From: Lama glama | Taxonomy: Eukaryota | Assembly: GCA_028534125.1 (NCBI GenBank) | Contig: CM052816.1 | Span: forward strand, 96,722,001-96,786,000 | Length of the DNA: 64,000 nt | Reading direction: 5' to 3' | In this document: positions 13,995 through 28,567 of the stretch, piece after piece | Layout: the number at the start of each line of letters is the position of its first letter | Position numbering within the stretch: position 1 is the stretch's first letter | Notes under the pieces: generated by a model | The model's database searches: none | What the model was told of the DNA's origin: nothing | Seen by the model: only the letters and a program-made list of their open reading frames with translations | Translations under genes and position numbers: made by a program

Positions 13995-16900
13995 CTGCAA
14001 AGTTGAAAGGATATTCAGGGCTACAAGATGAGATTATTTTGTGTTATCATCTCATACACAATTGAAAGAGATACATACCAATGGTCTAAGCTATCTTGTA
14101 CTATTTTTATAAATTAGATGTTTTCTGTTGATACCTGTTAGAGACTTTATATGCTGCTGAATATTATTAATTCAAGATCACAACCAGCAAATTGTGCATC
14201 ATTTAATGGAGCAGAGAACCATCTAGTATAACTTAGGGACATGTTTATTAATATATTTTAGTTGAAATTTCTCTCTGTGAAAAGGAGTGTGATGTAAGTT
14301 GGTATTATAGATGAAAAATCAACTCGGCAAACTCGTTGCAGTAATACTTAAGGTACATCAATGAATTATTCTGGACTGGATTTATTATCAAAATTATCCA
14401 TCTGCTGATGTATGTTTAAATATATTACTTCATTGTTTGTCGCCAACCACTTCTGCCTCTAAACGGCATTTAGAAGTTTGTAAACAGAGGAATATATAAC
14501 AAACACTTTCACTTGAAGTTGCGTGCATATAAATTTGTTTGTATACTGTATTCCTACTTGCTTTTCATATGTATGATTTATATTATCATATAATATGTAT
14601 GAAATATGTGATAATATATAATATCACATATACATATATATTTTGTAAACCTACCTCTTTTATATATGTGTCCCATATATAATAAACAGAATATTTTGTA
14701 AAATTACTTGTTGTCAAAGATGTCAGGCAACTTAAGTGTTCCAAACTCATTTGGAATCAGCTGGAAGGAGTTTCAGCACTCTCTCACTTTAGGGTCTTGA
14801 TCATATTTAAAGACTTAAAAAAATGAAAGCATGGCTTTACTTATATTGGAAATAGCTCTTTTTTTGTGTGTGTTCTAGTGGATGACTTGGATAGCTTTAA
14901 AACAATAACTGTTAGCAGAGTGGAAGAAGCCAATTAATTAATTAATCTTGTGGGAAATTTGGAGCTATCCAGATACATTTTGTGATTATTTAGTTTAAAT
15001 TATAAAATAGCTTTATTTGATCACATTGTCATATACAAAGTAATTATAATATTTTGTTATTCCTAACTTTCAGGAAAGAAAGTGAGTAAATGTTATATAT
15101 ATATACTTAGAAATATCTCAAAAAAATTTTTGTGTGAAATTTTCTTAGTAATTGTAACTTTAAATTATTGTTTATACTGGGAGCCTTAACTGTATAAGTA
15201 TATACTTGCATATTTCTAAAGGAATATATAAAATAAAAATGGAAATTAATGTCAGTTGATTTATTATATTAATAAAGATCTAAATTGTATAAATGAAGGT
15301 GACAGGTAACAGTGAAATGTACATGTGATTCATAGGTAGAAAAACCATTTCTTCATGCATAAAGTAGATTGCATGAAGGCTTGAACTCAGTATTTACTAG
15401 ACATCTCAATATTTTAAATTCTTAAAAATCACCTTTTTTTAATACAAGGATAAAATAGATTTCAATAAAGCCTTTCAACTGAGAAGAAATGCTTAAGTTC
15501 TAAAATAATCTAAGTGTAAATATTAAAGGAAGAAATGAAATATTAGCCAAATTTCTATAGCTGTGACTAAGGGTTGACTTTATTAGATATCAATATATCT
15601 TATAAGTCATTTATATTATGATATCAATATACATATATTGCAATTTAAACTCCTTAATTCTGTTCTTTGAATCATTGTCAGTTTAAAAAGAAACTATTAG
15701 AAATCTGAATTTAAATAGTCCCTTCATTTTAAATCAAGTTTTGTCTAGTCTTGACTATGACAAGACTATTTATCTACATGAATGCTGTCAAAGGTACTGC
15801 TGATTTACACTAATGTTAAAAGGTTTTAAGACATTGATTGTATATGTGTTTAGATGATTTTTTTTGTTCAAATTATGATTTTTTTTGTTCAAATGTGATC
15901 TTATGTAAAAAGTGTAGTGTAATTGTAGCAGAATTAACATAAATTCTGCTGTTAGGGAGATTATCTCTAAATATATTTCAGTTGAAACAATATGGTTTGC
16001 ATTCTTTAACTTTTTTCATGATTAAACTTTCTTAATTGTTTCTAGTGTAACTCTTTTGAATTATTTGCAATGTATTTTAAAACATCATTTTTAATTTCCC
16101 TTCTTGACTTTAAAACCAGCTACCTCCAATAACCACTCAGCAACTGAAATGACATGACCTATTCAGTCCCATGGCCCCTCTTCCTTTTTCTCACGGAGCC
16201 CCACTGTCAGACATGCAGAAAGATGTGAATTTGAGAGCGAGTGGAGAGAAGGCTTGGATTCTGAGCCAGTTTTGACCAAGTGCTCTCATTGCTTCCCTTA
16301 CCCCAGGAATTTCATGGTCTTTCTGTGGCACCACCTGTGGGATCAGCTTCCACATGTGCCAGGTGCATACGGGACAGAGCCACGAGGAAAGGTACCTACT
16401 CACTCTGCTCCCAGCATTGCCAGCCTCACATTCCAGCGTGGACTGGTTTACCTGCATCTGAGGTGTGGATCTAGCTTAGCTCATCTGTGGCATCCTTTTC
16501 AGTTGAGTTCAGTCTCCATCTCTCTGTCTGCCATCCTTTTATTGAAACCTCGAGTAGACAGCACCCCTAGACCTTAGTGGTGCCTTCTGTGTTTGCTGAA
16601 CTGAGCTCTTCCTCATCAGTCTCCTCTGTTCCAAGACTCCTTGCTCCCTGTTCCCCGTACACTCAGAAATTGAGTTTGCTACAAAATGAATTGTGCTCTT
16701 TAGAATCCAGCTGAACAGGTCTCAAAACCTAAAATTCTGTGTAGGACCTAATAAAGTCCCACGTTTATGATACAGTCAGATGAAGTAATGCAGCTAACGT
16801 GAAATAAACAACTACACCACATCTGGGGTCATTTTCAGAGGGGTTTTTTTTTGTAATATTTTATAACTACCTACCATTCTCACTAAAGATGTAGTGTAAA

Positions 16901-18731
16901 AAACATTGGGAGGTTATTTTCCCTGAAAGTTGTGGTTTTGACCTTCAGTTCTCTCCTGTATGCTTAAAGTGTATTATGTTTTCTGGTTATCATTAAAAAA
17001 TTGAAGTAGATAAATTTCACATTGTTTTTAAGATTCTTATTCTGCTATATTGGTATACATTTCTCTTTATTTTAATTAATGAAAGAGCAAATGGCTTACA
17101 GTGATCTTTTAATTAAGTTGTATTAATGCTATATCAAGTGATACCACTTCAAAGGGCACTCTACTGAGGAAGCCTCTTACAAAAATACTGCAGCCAGATA
17201 TTTGATAATTGATTAATATTCCAAAGCACAATAACTACAGATTTACTAATAAGTTTACTAGGCATATATTACAACTGATAAGTAAACCAAAGTGACTTAG
17301 CCCTTTCTTTCTTCACTATGTTCTCCAGGTACCAATGAAGACGTCTGTATTTTCGCAAAAAGCGGAACAGAAGGACAGTGTTGACAAACAGGGCTTGCTA
17401 TGTGTGAGGGAATCCCAGGGCACAGTCCTAGGTCAGGACCCATCCTGTCTAACCCCAGTTGACAAGTGGAAAGCCATTCATGGATTGAGTCATCTCCTTG
17501 CTATTTTAGAACCTTGTACATTTTAAGATTGGTTGAAAATTTTGAAACCCTCTAAAACGCCCACTTTGCTGGGCTGCCTGAGGAATCGTGGCACTCTTCC
17601 CGCCATGACCTTCCCCAGGCTGCGCAGAGGGTCACAAAGCGAGAATCAAGCTCCTTCACTCCAGTTACATGTGTACTTGGGATATCCACATGCCACGCTG
17701 TGTAAAGCCGTCTTCAGGGAACATTGGAATGGCAAGCTTGGTTGAAGAGCATATGTATTTAAAATTTGTTTACAGAAGTAGAATTTATAATTCATTTCAT
17801 TAGTGAAAGAAAAATGGAACTCTAACTAACAAATGATATGGATGATAAAAGCCAAACACAATTTATATCATAAAGATGTATGAAATAAAATGTGAAGTGG
17901 TTTTGATAATTATAGTTTATATGGGATTATAAACGAATTTCTTTAGCAGAGACTAAGATTATAGAAAATGGATAATTTATGGGGAAATTATAATTGCTTT
18001 TAAATGCAAAATGAGAAGAAACCATCATGTAGAAAAATTACGATTTTAATTTTTAATGCATCCTGAAATACATTTGTGACTTCCCATGTTTTAAGATGCT
18101 ACAGGCCCAAGAGATCCAGTAAAAATTTTTTTAAATGACTTTTATTTGGTAAAACTCAATAGTGTGCGGAAGACTGCAGGACTGAAATCCTAAGAGCTTA
18201 CCCAATGTGTAGATGTTTGTCCATTGAAACAAACAAAAAACCCTAAAACAAGCAGCGTCAAAGTCTGTGGAGTAACTAACTTCCCATCCCCACAGTTGTT
18301 TGTGATCAATGATTACATGAGACCACTCTCTCAGGAGCGCAGGTCACTTTGGGTAGGGGAGAGGAGGTCTGAGAGAAACTGCTTTCCCACAGTCGTGGAG
18401 AATCCACAGTTGGAGTGTGTAAGGGCTTGGACTCTGAGCAGTCTCTCCTAGGTCGGGCTCCTGAGTGAAAACCCCAACACAAAGGGATGGAGCTAATGTA
18501 GCAACTTTCTGTTTCCCTTCTCCCCTCCTTGTTAGACATCCTGCAATTTCAGAGAGTAGCAGTTTAACACATCCTTCTGTGGCTTGTTTCGGAGGACTAC
18601 TGTAGAATGATGGCTTAAAGGAAAAAGGAACTTAAAAGATGAAGAGGGAAAAAAGAAAGGCAATTTTTTCTAAGCTTGAAATGCAGCCTAATAGATAATA
18701 AAACTGCCTGAAAACTCCATACTACACGTAC

Positions 18732-18790
18732 CTTTCAGAGTTATTTTGCAGTTTGCGTTTCATTGCATTTTGTCTTTTTTTTTCCCTTAA
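18732..18790 (-). pseudogene. Fossil exon LREKKRQNAMKRKLQNNSE(S)
   Basis: Acceptor tatttttatag|, donor AAG|GTACGT; open, phase 0 to 2. Confidence 0.65.
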
Positions 18791-21700
18791 CTATAAAAAT
18801 ACATCTAGTGTTTTCAGAAGTGTCCTGCTGTAGGCAGTATGAAGGTTCTTGTACAATGTGGTTTATTTTTCTATGGAAAAAATGGTAGTTTAACTGCCCT
18901 CTCTTTATTAAAAGTCAAGATTTTTATGAGCATTTTAAAGAAAGATTATTATTTGCCCTTCTTACCCGCTTCTTTTATTGAAGCTGAAATTAATGTCATA
19001 GGATCGTAGGCATCTAATAGCTTTTAAATGGCGGTGAGTCAGCTGTTTTCCATTTCCTGTTCTACTTACAGTGAGAGAAATTACACAGGGATATTTGGAA
19101 CCAAGATGCTGAGAGTTCTGTCAGCACCTCTGACTTTAAAAAGTTCTGAAAATAAATCCCAGTTTCTTCCTGGAATACTCCATGCACCAACACATATGTT
19201 AATATTTACTGAGTAGTTGGCAAGTTTTACTTATTTTAACTCAGCATGTACATTTGCATATTCTTCCTAAGGTCGCATTCTTTCACTCAATTGTATCTTT
19301 AATTTTATTTTGCCTTTTTTTATAACCTGGCTTCAAAACTTCTATCCAGAAACTACTCTCTCTTAGCTAGCAGAGAACTTCCCTTTTCCTTAGTACATGA
19401 GGATATATGAGAAAACAAGAATTCCAAAGGTCTTAGCCACAGAGAGTCAGGGCAGTGGGAGAACACGTTATCTTGGGAGGAAAGTCTAACATTTCTCTTT
19501 GATCTTAGAAGATGAAGACAAAAGAGAACAGAAAGGATAGATGGGCAATATACATAGGTTATTCCTATATTTAAGTGTTTACAGAAATGTACTCATTATA
19601 TGGTGTCTATTGAACTAATTGATTTCCTAGCTCTCTAGAAGATCCTCAACCATGACATATCAAACAATCTTTCTCTGAAACTAAGAACACCTTCCTCTTT
19701 CAAGATGAGACCTTGATTTTTGCATTATTGCTTTTTCTTGATTTGTTTGTTTTACTTAACATATTCCTACAGGTGACAAATCCTCTTTCTCACATGACAA
19801 CCATCACATTTGTCTAGGTATTTGTTATCTCTCACTTTGATTGTGATAATGTCTTCTCAACTAGCACATAGAAACCTCAGAAGACACACTCACTTGCCAG
19901 AGCCACTCATACTTAATGTGAGCAGGGATACCAACATTCCTGAACAACATTTTCTTGGTCTTCGCTCACTGGTTTACCCTGATTCCAACTTCAACACATT
20001 CCTGATTTTGGTTATGTTGACACACAGTTAAATTGCAATCTTGCTGTTTGGAATTTGGCATTTGTGTCTATTCTCCTGATTCAGTATGAAAGTTCCACAT
20101 CAAAGACTGGCTTATGTTTGCTCTATGAGCTCTTCCAGCTGGTGGCCTCATCTGTCTGAGGGCTCAGACCTCACACTGCAACACAGTCAGCTCCTGAAGC
20201 CTCAGGACTCCTGGACACCAGAAGCTGACATACCAACTCCTGGAGATAAGCCTTCACTACTTAACTCTGACAGTGCTATTTAAACCTGGAGCTTTGTGGA
20301 ACCTTCTCGATTCCTTAAAAATCCAGTTCAAGCTCATCCTCACTATGTCATAAAAAATGGTTACCCCAGTTTGTTTATCATTTCCTTTCTTTCTCTCTTT
20401 TCCTAAGTAACATTTTTTACTTCAGTCTTATTATTTCTATCTTCCATCTTTCTTTAAAACACCACCTGATGCTCAAGATGCCTCACCCTGTGGATAGCCT
20501 TCAACTTGACATTACATTCTACCTTGTATCGGGAAGTTTTTCTGATTTCAAGGAAAAGCAGTTGTCATTTCCCTGGATTGGCTGTCAGGAACTGTACACC
20601 CCAAATTACTTTTTGTAGTTACTAGCTATCACTTTCCCCTTATTCTACTTCAAAGATGCATTTCCTTTGGCCTGTGAAGATGCAGTGATATTGCTGTGCT
20701 AACACACTGTTTCTGTCCTGCACATCCTGGGATTTTGTCCATTTCCTTGTGTTCACCTTGACAGATGAGCAACTGTGGTCAGGAAGAGACTTTTCCAATT
20801 CCCTCTGCATAGTGTCCTGCAGTGTTAAGCCGTAATTAACAGTGATGATATTAAAGGTGATTAACTTGGCCTAGAAAATAGGAAACTTTGCTGCTTATTT
20901 CTAAAGGAGGGTGATCTGGGAGGGAAAGAGGAGAAAAAGATATCCCATTGTTCCCTAGAAATCTTTTCTCTTAGTAGACTAAGTACACAAACTATTAAAT
21001 TTAAATAACTTGTTAGATCGCTGAATATGTCTCACTGAATTCTCAAACACTGAATATTCAAACTTATTCCTAGAGGCATTGAACTGGAGAATTATTTTTC
21101 CTTTTCCTTTTTTATTACACATTTCACATGGAAATTTTAGTTTGAAATGCATTTTACATTTACAAAGAGTGGAGAGAATGACTAATTGTAAGGATAAACA
21201 GCACTTTGGATATATGGCTAAAAACTGGAAATATAGAGGCATACACAGAAGAGTTCAAAAATTGAAAAGTAGGGTCATTATTCAAAGATAGGGATTTAGT
21301 TCTTTAATGAGTATTTGTTGGAATGTTTCAAAGATTATCTGACAGCATTCTGAGATGTTTATTTAAGAATTAGTTAAGTGTAAAACTTACAAATCCAAAT
21401 ATACAGGATAGACTTACTCCAAAAAAACATAGTTTAGCATTTTTAAATTATAGATATATATTATTTTTATATGTATATATGCTCATTTTATTTTATATAA
21501 AATAAAATGTGTACGTGCATGCATGTATAAATACAGAGAGAGCGCTTTCTTTCCTGGCTTAATATTGTAATCCTACTTTAGTTTTTAACTTGCATATTGA
21601 GAATATGCATGTTCTATGTGCATGTTTTTCTACATGTTCCTCTGTTTTTGTGTCTATTTGAAGGGATTTATCTTGTTTGTTTCCCTAATCAGCTGCACGG

Positions 21701-23323
21701 GAAGATCCATCCCGCGTTGTGAGTTTTGCATTTTCCTCATTGTCTCCCGCGCATCCCATTGTCTGTGCACATGTCGCATGGCCAGCGCCACATCGGCCCC
21801 CTTCGCTGTGCAGCCACTCCGGATACAAAAGGCCCCTCCACACAGAGCACTTCCGTGTATTCAACATCCAGTGCAGAGACAGAGAGTGACAAGGTCTGTG
21901 GCCTCACATTACACTAAACCTTTTCTCTTCCTCTTGGTTTCCCCAGTACAGATACTGCAGTGAGCGTCTGCTGTGCCCATGGTACATGTTCTGGACAGGC
22001 TGAGGTCCCTGGGAACAGTGGAAGGTGCGGTGTAGGGGTGGCATTCAAGCTCGCCGCAGAACCTGCGAGAACGGGCCTGACTGTGCGGACTGCAGTGTGG
22101 TGAGTAGAGACCTCCTCGTTCCCCAGCCCACATTCTAGAGCTGGGAGTCCAGAGGCAGCACACACTCGATGCTTTCACTCCCAAATGCCCGGAGCACGCA
22201 AGATGCACTTTAAATGCCTTGCACACACTAGATGCTCTGCAAACACTAGATCTTCTGTGTACATTAGATGCTGCGAATCATACAAATGTCTGTTGTTAAT
22301 GAGAATGTCCAGAGGAAATACTGAAAGGTCAGAGTAGCCTGTAGGCTTCCTGAGCTAAGCAGACCTACCCTAGAAATTTCTCAGTTCAGATTTCTGAGCT
22401 ATGGGAAAAATGTTAGACTACTTAATTCTGGTCACTATAGTTGGTCTAGAAAAACGGAGGGAGTTTCCATTCTAAGCCCACACTAAAGTATAGAACTCAG
22501 GGTGAACCTGACACACTATGAAGAAAAGAAAACTCTGAAATCAGAGCAGGTTGATAATTCAGAGGAAATAAATCACAATTTATGGCTTCGTTTTTCTCTG
22601 CCTTCACAGATCCTATTTCTTTTAACACTTAAATGCTCAAATAAAGTTCTGTTTGTGCATTCGCCTTCCCAAAGGCCCCTTGTTGCTCCTCCTGTGCCAT
22701 CTGTCAGAACGTCTGAGCACAGAAAGCTGCTGGGCTCTCACCTCATTCGCCTGCCCCTGGTGCTGGCACTGCAGAGTGATGCAGAGACAGTGGGGATATT
22801 TTGGTGGCGAGGTCCAGCCCGGGAAGGTCTAGTTTGGCATGCTTCCTCCCTGATCTTTCTAGTTTGCCTTTGCAGCACTTTGGCTCCTTGGTTCATGAGG
22901 CTGAGCAATGTTTTTGTGTTGCTGTAAAGCTTATTTTTGTGAGATGGAAAAATCGAACCACTCATAGAGCCTTGGGAAGTTCAAAGAGAAGAGGAAGTTA
23001 GAGGTGCTTTGTCAGATTTACACCCAACCCAAAGAGACTTCTGTTACTGGGATTTGCAGTTAGGCTTCTCTTCCTTCACACTGGCAAAAATAGTGCGGTA
23101 GCTTCAGTAGAATCTGTTACTGATTATAGAGGCACTGGTTCCCAGGTCAGTCTGAACTAACTTCGGATCAAGAAAAATCTTAGTTTTTAAGGAGGATGAA
23201 ATATTTGTTGACATTTCAGATGTTCAGAGTTAAAACTACTTTTATAAATGTGAAGGTAATTCATGTTAATTACAGTGAGCATGCACATGTTCTAGGAAAA
23301 TAAATCGATTGTGGTAACTCTAC

Positions 23324-23491
23324 CCTTTGCTGAAGCATGTCACTTCCTGAACAAATGTCTGGGGACTGGAGTCTACAGTCCCACATGGAATTTGTCTCGT
23401 CTCCTGGGAAACAACAGGACTAGCACCCAGTAGAGTTGATCTTTTTAATCTTTTGCTGTTTAGTTTCTAAGAGCTTTGTAGTACTAAGAAT
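23324..23491 (-). pseudogene. Fossil exon ILSTTKLLETKQQKIKKINSTGC*SCCFPGDETNSMWDCRLQSPDICSGSDMLQQR
   Basis: Acceptor atgttcag|, donor AGG|GTAGAG; 168 nt, phase 0 to 0, single TAG. Confidence 0.6.
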
Positions 23492-23885
23492 CTGAACATG
23501 TTACATCATTTATTTATACTTGCTTACAACTTCAACAATTACATCCAAAAAGTGTTTTACTGTAACAAAAACTATATTAAGGAGAGAGTAACATATCTCA
23601 TATATATACATATGTTTTCTTATGATTGTAAATGATTAAGTACTTCCTCAAGATGGTACTGAATTTGTTGTTTGTGTTTATATTTAAGGATTAATAAATA
23701 GCTAATAAAATAAATGCAACACCAGTTTTAAAATCCAGGAGATCTTTACATAAATCTCTAATGATTCTAGTTGGAGTTTTAAGTTTGTGTTCTTTTTCTA
23801 CCAACTATTTTCTACTGGAGTTTCTACTTCCTAACAGATGTAATTGGCATAAGTGATCAATCTCTTTCCTTATGTAGAAATACAA

Positions 23886-25250
23886 AAAAATTCATCTATG
23901 ACAAAGGAAGCAAGAATATACAATGGAGGAAAGATGGTCTCTTCAATAAGTGGTACTGGGAACACTGGAGACAGCTGCATGCAAAAGAATGAAATTACAA
24001 CTTTTTTATGCCATATAAAAATAATCTCAAAATGAATTAAAAACCTTAATGTAAAACCAAAAACCATACAACTCCTAGAAGAAAACATAGGCAGAACCCT
24101 CTTTTACATGAATCATACCAATATTTTTTTAAATCTGTCTCCTAAGGCAAAAGAAACAAAAGCAAAAATAAGTAAGTTGGACCTAATTAAATTTAAAAGC
24201 ATTTACACAGCAAAGGAAACCATTGACAAAAACAAAAGACACCAACTGAGTGGGAGAAAATATTTACAAATGATATGACCAATAAGGAGTTAATATACAA
24301 AATATATGAACAACTCATATGACTCAATATCAGAAAACAAACAACCCTATTTTAAAATGGGCAGAAGGTCTGAATAGGCATTTTTCTAAAGACATGCAAA
24401 TGGCCAACAAGCACATGAAAAGATTCTCAGCATCATTAATCATCAGAGAAGTGCAAATCAAAAGCACAGTGAGCTATCACCTCACACCTGTCAGATTGTC
24501 TATCATCAAAAAGACTGGAGAGGATACGGGGACTAGGGAACCCTTGTACACTTCCGATGGGAATGTAAATTGGTGTAGACACTGTGGAAAACAGTATGGA
24601 GTTTCCTCAAAAAAAAAAAAACCTAAACACAGAACTACCATGTGGTCCACAATTCCTGTGTATATATCTAAAGAAAAAAAACCCCACTAATTTGAAAAGA
24701 TACATGCATTCAATGTTCAGAGCAGTTTTGTTTACAACAGCCAAGATATGAAAGCAATGTAAGTGACCCTCAGTGAATGAATGGATAAAGAAGATGTGGC
24801 ATATATATACAATGGAATATTACTCAGTCATTAAAGTGAAATTTTGCCATTTGCAACAACATGAATGGACTTGGAGGGTATTATGTTTAGTGAAATATGG
24901 CAGACAGGGAATGAAAAATATTATATATTAACACTTACCTGGAATCTAAAACATGAAACAAATTATTGAATATAACAAAACAGAAACAGACTTACAGATA
25001 TAGAGAACAAACTACTGGTTACCAGCAGGGACACAGAAGGGGGTAGGGGTGAAACGTGGGTAGGGGATTAAGAAGTACAACATACTAAGTATAAAACAAA
25101 CTACAACGATGTATTGTACAGCACTGGGGATTTAGCCAGTATTTTATAGTAGCTTTAAGTAGAGTATAATCTATAAAAAATATTGAATCACTATATAGTA
25201 CACCTAAAACTAATATAATATTGTAAATCATCTATACTTAAATCAATAAG
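23886..25250 (+). mobile_element. 5'-truncated L1 (ORF2 end plus 3' UTR)
   Basis: ORF-track peptides [41 protein letters not shown] and a typical 3' UTR. Confidence 0.92.
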
Positions 25251-26818
25251 CAGTCACACAGATTTTGTAACACATTTGATCTGTATATTCCAGCTACAGT
25301 TTTCAAATGTTCAGTCACAAAGTTTGTTTGATTTGAAGTGCTCTTTTATGGAAACTAGCTCTAAGTATATGTGATTTATTAATTTCAAGTCATGAATTTG
25401 ATCCTCTGTCAGTATCTAGCTGGATGACAAGTCGGGTGGTATTTCTGAGGTCCAGCCTCCTTCTCTGAGAAGGAGGCAACGGTCCCTCCCTCCCGGAGCC
25501 ACTATAAATATCAAGGGTGGTGACATCTGTGAGGTTCTGGCAGAAGGTGTCACATTCAGAGCACTTCAGTATGAGTTTTTCTTCATACTCATTAATTCAG
25601 TTTTTATTTAAAAAAATTCATTCACTTTAAATTCTCAGGTCTTCCTAATATTAAGATCAGGTCTATTCAGCTGGCAATGAAAGGAACATTAGGGAATTAT
25701 CAACAGCAAGGAAATTTAATTGAAGACAAACTCATTAAGAACATGAATTTTTATATTATTGTAACTAATTACTAAATATTTAATATTTAATAATAAACAC
25801 CATACGTTATTATAAATATAGTACCTGAAGTTTTATATTACCTTTGAAAATTACAACATTTGAAATTAAGAAGAATCTTGAATATTTATGCTAGGTAAAC
25901 AGAATAGCTTCTCAACATAGCATAAGTCAGTTTCCCTCAAAAGTTTAACAGACACGTTAAAGAATAGAAGTAAGTGTTGGGATAGGTATACCAAGGGCAT
26001 TACAAACACAGAAACAGTGCTGGTGTTTCAAAACCTACACCCTTATTGAAATTTCACACAGAAAGTGAAATGGATGGCCAGAGGCTGTGATCAGAGATAT
26101 CACGTGGGACATGAAAGAATGAACCTTCCTGGTCTGGAAGAATAACCACAGAAGACCCTTAAAAGTCATACAGACCTTAAGACAAAACATGCCGGCAAAG
26201 GGATTCTCTGAAGGTTAAACAGAACTGGTAAGATGCACTATAAATTGTGTCAAATAATGCCACCGAGGATAAATATGAACCTAAACGTAACGATCATTGT
26301 GAGCTTAAATAAAGTTGTGATACGAATATTAATGACAGTATTACAAAATACCTCACTCTTGTTTAGTACATTAAGACTTACCAAATACTTTAAAAAATGT
26401 GCCTCATCTCACATGCTCCTTATTTTCCAGATGAGGAAACTGAGGCCCAGAGAAACCTAGTCACTTATCTAAAACTCTGCAGATTGCAAAGCAAGGCCTA
26501 TGTTCCAGCTTTCATGCCAAGGGCTCTTCTCCCTCACATGCTGTGGCTGATTCAGAAAATGCAGGAATACACACTGATAAATCAGTTGGTCGGAGCAAAT
26601 GTCACACCAAAACAGGCCTGTTAAAAAGCCCAAAAAGGTAAATTTTGATTTGCTTTACCTTTGATTTTTTTTTTTTTCTGTAAAGTGTTAGATGAATTTG
26701 TCTGAAGCCAGCAAGACATGAACCAGCCAAATTTTAAAAAGCATAGTTAGTAGAATTAAACTTTTTTGAGATTCATAAAAGTCTTTTTCTTTAAGTCATA
26801 ATCTGCAAAGAGCCTTAC

Positions 26819-27476
26819 CTTATTCTTTTTGGAAATTTGGATTCTCAAATTAACCTCTGGCCTTCCAACAAAGATTTATTATTTTTTTAAATATACATGA
26901 ACAAATAAAAAGCAAATGTATCTTTTATAAATTGAAGATATTTTAAATATTGTAGAGAAGCTTTATTTTAAGCATTGGAACCTGACTTCTGACATTGATA
27001 ATTTTTCAATAGTTGTGACTAATTGGTGGCATAGGAAGAAATATGTTTCATCATTTTATGATTTTTTTCAAGGTTATTTTAGCAGAAAATAATATTTTTT
27101 AAAAGGCTTTCCTCCAAACATACTTGCATATAGAGTATTTAATTGAAAATGCATTGAATGTCTGCCGAGTTGCAGTAATACTGTCCAGAGCTGACACATG
27201 GCATCTGGAGACCATTCATCATGGCCACGTGGTCCTTCATGACATCCCAAGGAGAAAGGAGGGAGCCTTGGGAAAGAGGGTGGGAAAGGACAAGGGCTTT
27301 CAAACTCGTGTTAAAATGCCCTCAAGGTTTATAGACTTTTCACAAGTTGTTTTATAATCAATTTTAATTGATTACTCAATTGTGCAAGATAGCAACTTGT
27401 CATTACATGCTTGTAGATCTCAAATATACTGCAGCATTCCATAAGCAATAGTAAATGGAATACTGTGTTGAATACC
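26819..27476 (-). pseudogene. Large fossil exon GIQHSIPFTIAYGMLQY...HFQLNTLYASMFGGKPFKKY...VNLRIQISKKNK
   Basis: Acceptor tatttcttacag|, donor AAG|GTAAGG; motif resembles recalled RGSL1 IHLALCADACAGNPFRDHL and RGS22 LLQALYVENRAGYFF. Followed by small exons 26659-26701 and 25842-25890. Confidence 0.65.
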
Positions 27477-27959
27477 CTGTAAGAAATACATAATGAGTAG
27501 TATAATGTATTAGAAACAACATATACCAGGCTAATGGTTACGTCTCTTTACATTTACTATTTTCACTTTTAAAATTTATCAGTCTATTATTTGGATCTCA
27601 CATTTTATGCCCTTATATTAATATGAGCTTACTAACTCAAAATTCTCATGATATTTAATGTATCTTCTCTGAAGGTATTGAGACGGACTAAGGCTTAGAG
27701 AGTTGCCCAGCTGTGTGACCTTGGGCATGTTCCTTGACCTCTCTGTGATTTTAATTTTTCATCTGGAAACTGAGCTTACCTTGTTAGTTTGTTTGTTAGT
27801 ATTGTATAAAACTATCCATGTAAAAAACTTATCACCATGGTTTACAAAGCATAATAAATACCCAATATTAGCTATTTTATTATTATTTATTAAAACCAAA
27901 TCTTATTTTATGTGCTATATTTATTTGCAAGTAGGAAAACAATTTTTTTTAATTTTTAA

Positions 27960-28220
27960 TTTTTTCGTTTAAATAATTTACTAAGGTGAAATTCACAATC
28001 TAGAAATTAACCATTTTAAAATAAACAATTCAGTGGCATTCAGTACATTGACAATGTTGTGCAAACACCACTTCTACCTAGTTCCAAAATATTTCCATCA
28101 CCCAAAATAAAACCTCTTACACATTAAGCACTTTCCCTCTATTGGCACCTCCTCCCAGCCCCTGGTAACCAGGAATATGCATTCTCTCTTTTTTGGATTT
28201 ATCTATTCTGGATATTTCTT
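27960..28220 (-). mobile_element. L1MB-type 3' end fragment
   Basis: aattaaccattttaaa..caattcagtggcattcagtacattgacaatgttgtgcaaacacc. Confidence 0.8.
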
Positions 28221-28233
28221 TTTTTTAATTTAC

Positions 28234-28567
28234 GTATATGTACTGTTCATTGTTTCTAATAACTGTTTAGAGCTTTAGCTTTGTAAACTATGTAAGGTTA
28301 AAAAACAAATTGTAAATATGTTGGAATGACCAGGTTCCTTATTCTCTACGTCATTCAGAGAGCTCGTAGCCGAGGTGGTGGCTGATGTTGCTTCAGAAGT
28401 TTCCACACAAGCCCTCTCCCTCCTCAACATGCGTACAATCTGCTGCTGAGTCTCATATGGAATAGGAGCTCACAAGTTGCTATAATTAATTTAATTAATT
28501 GCACTCAATTATTCAACTGTGGATTTGGTAGGACCATAGGTGTCACCACAGCACTCTGTGACCCCAT
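28234..28567 (-). pseudogene. Fossil RGS-like exon DGVTECCGD...APIPYETQQQIVRMLRR
   Basis: Acceptor tttttctattgttag|; upstream exon ends ...AFWF at donor TGG|GTGATT (28678), giving a frameshifted FW(L)D-like motif; 3' boundary uncertain. Confidence 0.55.
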
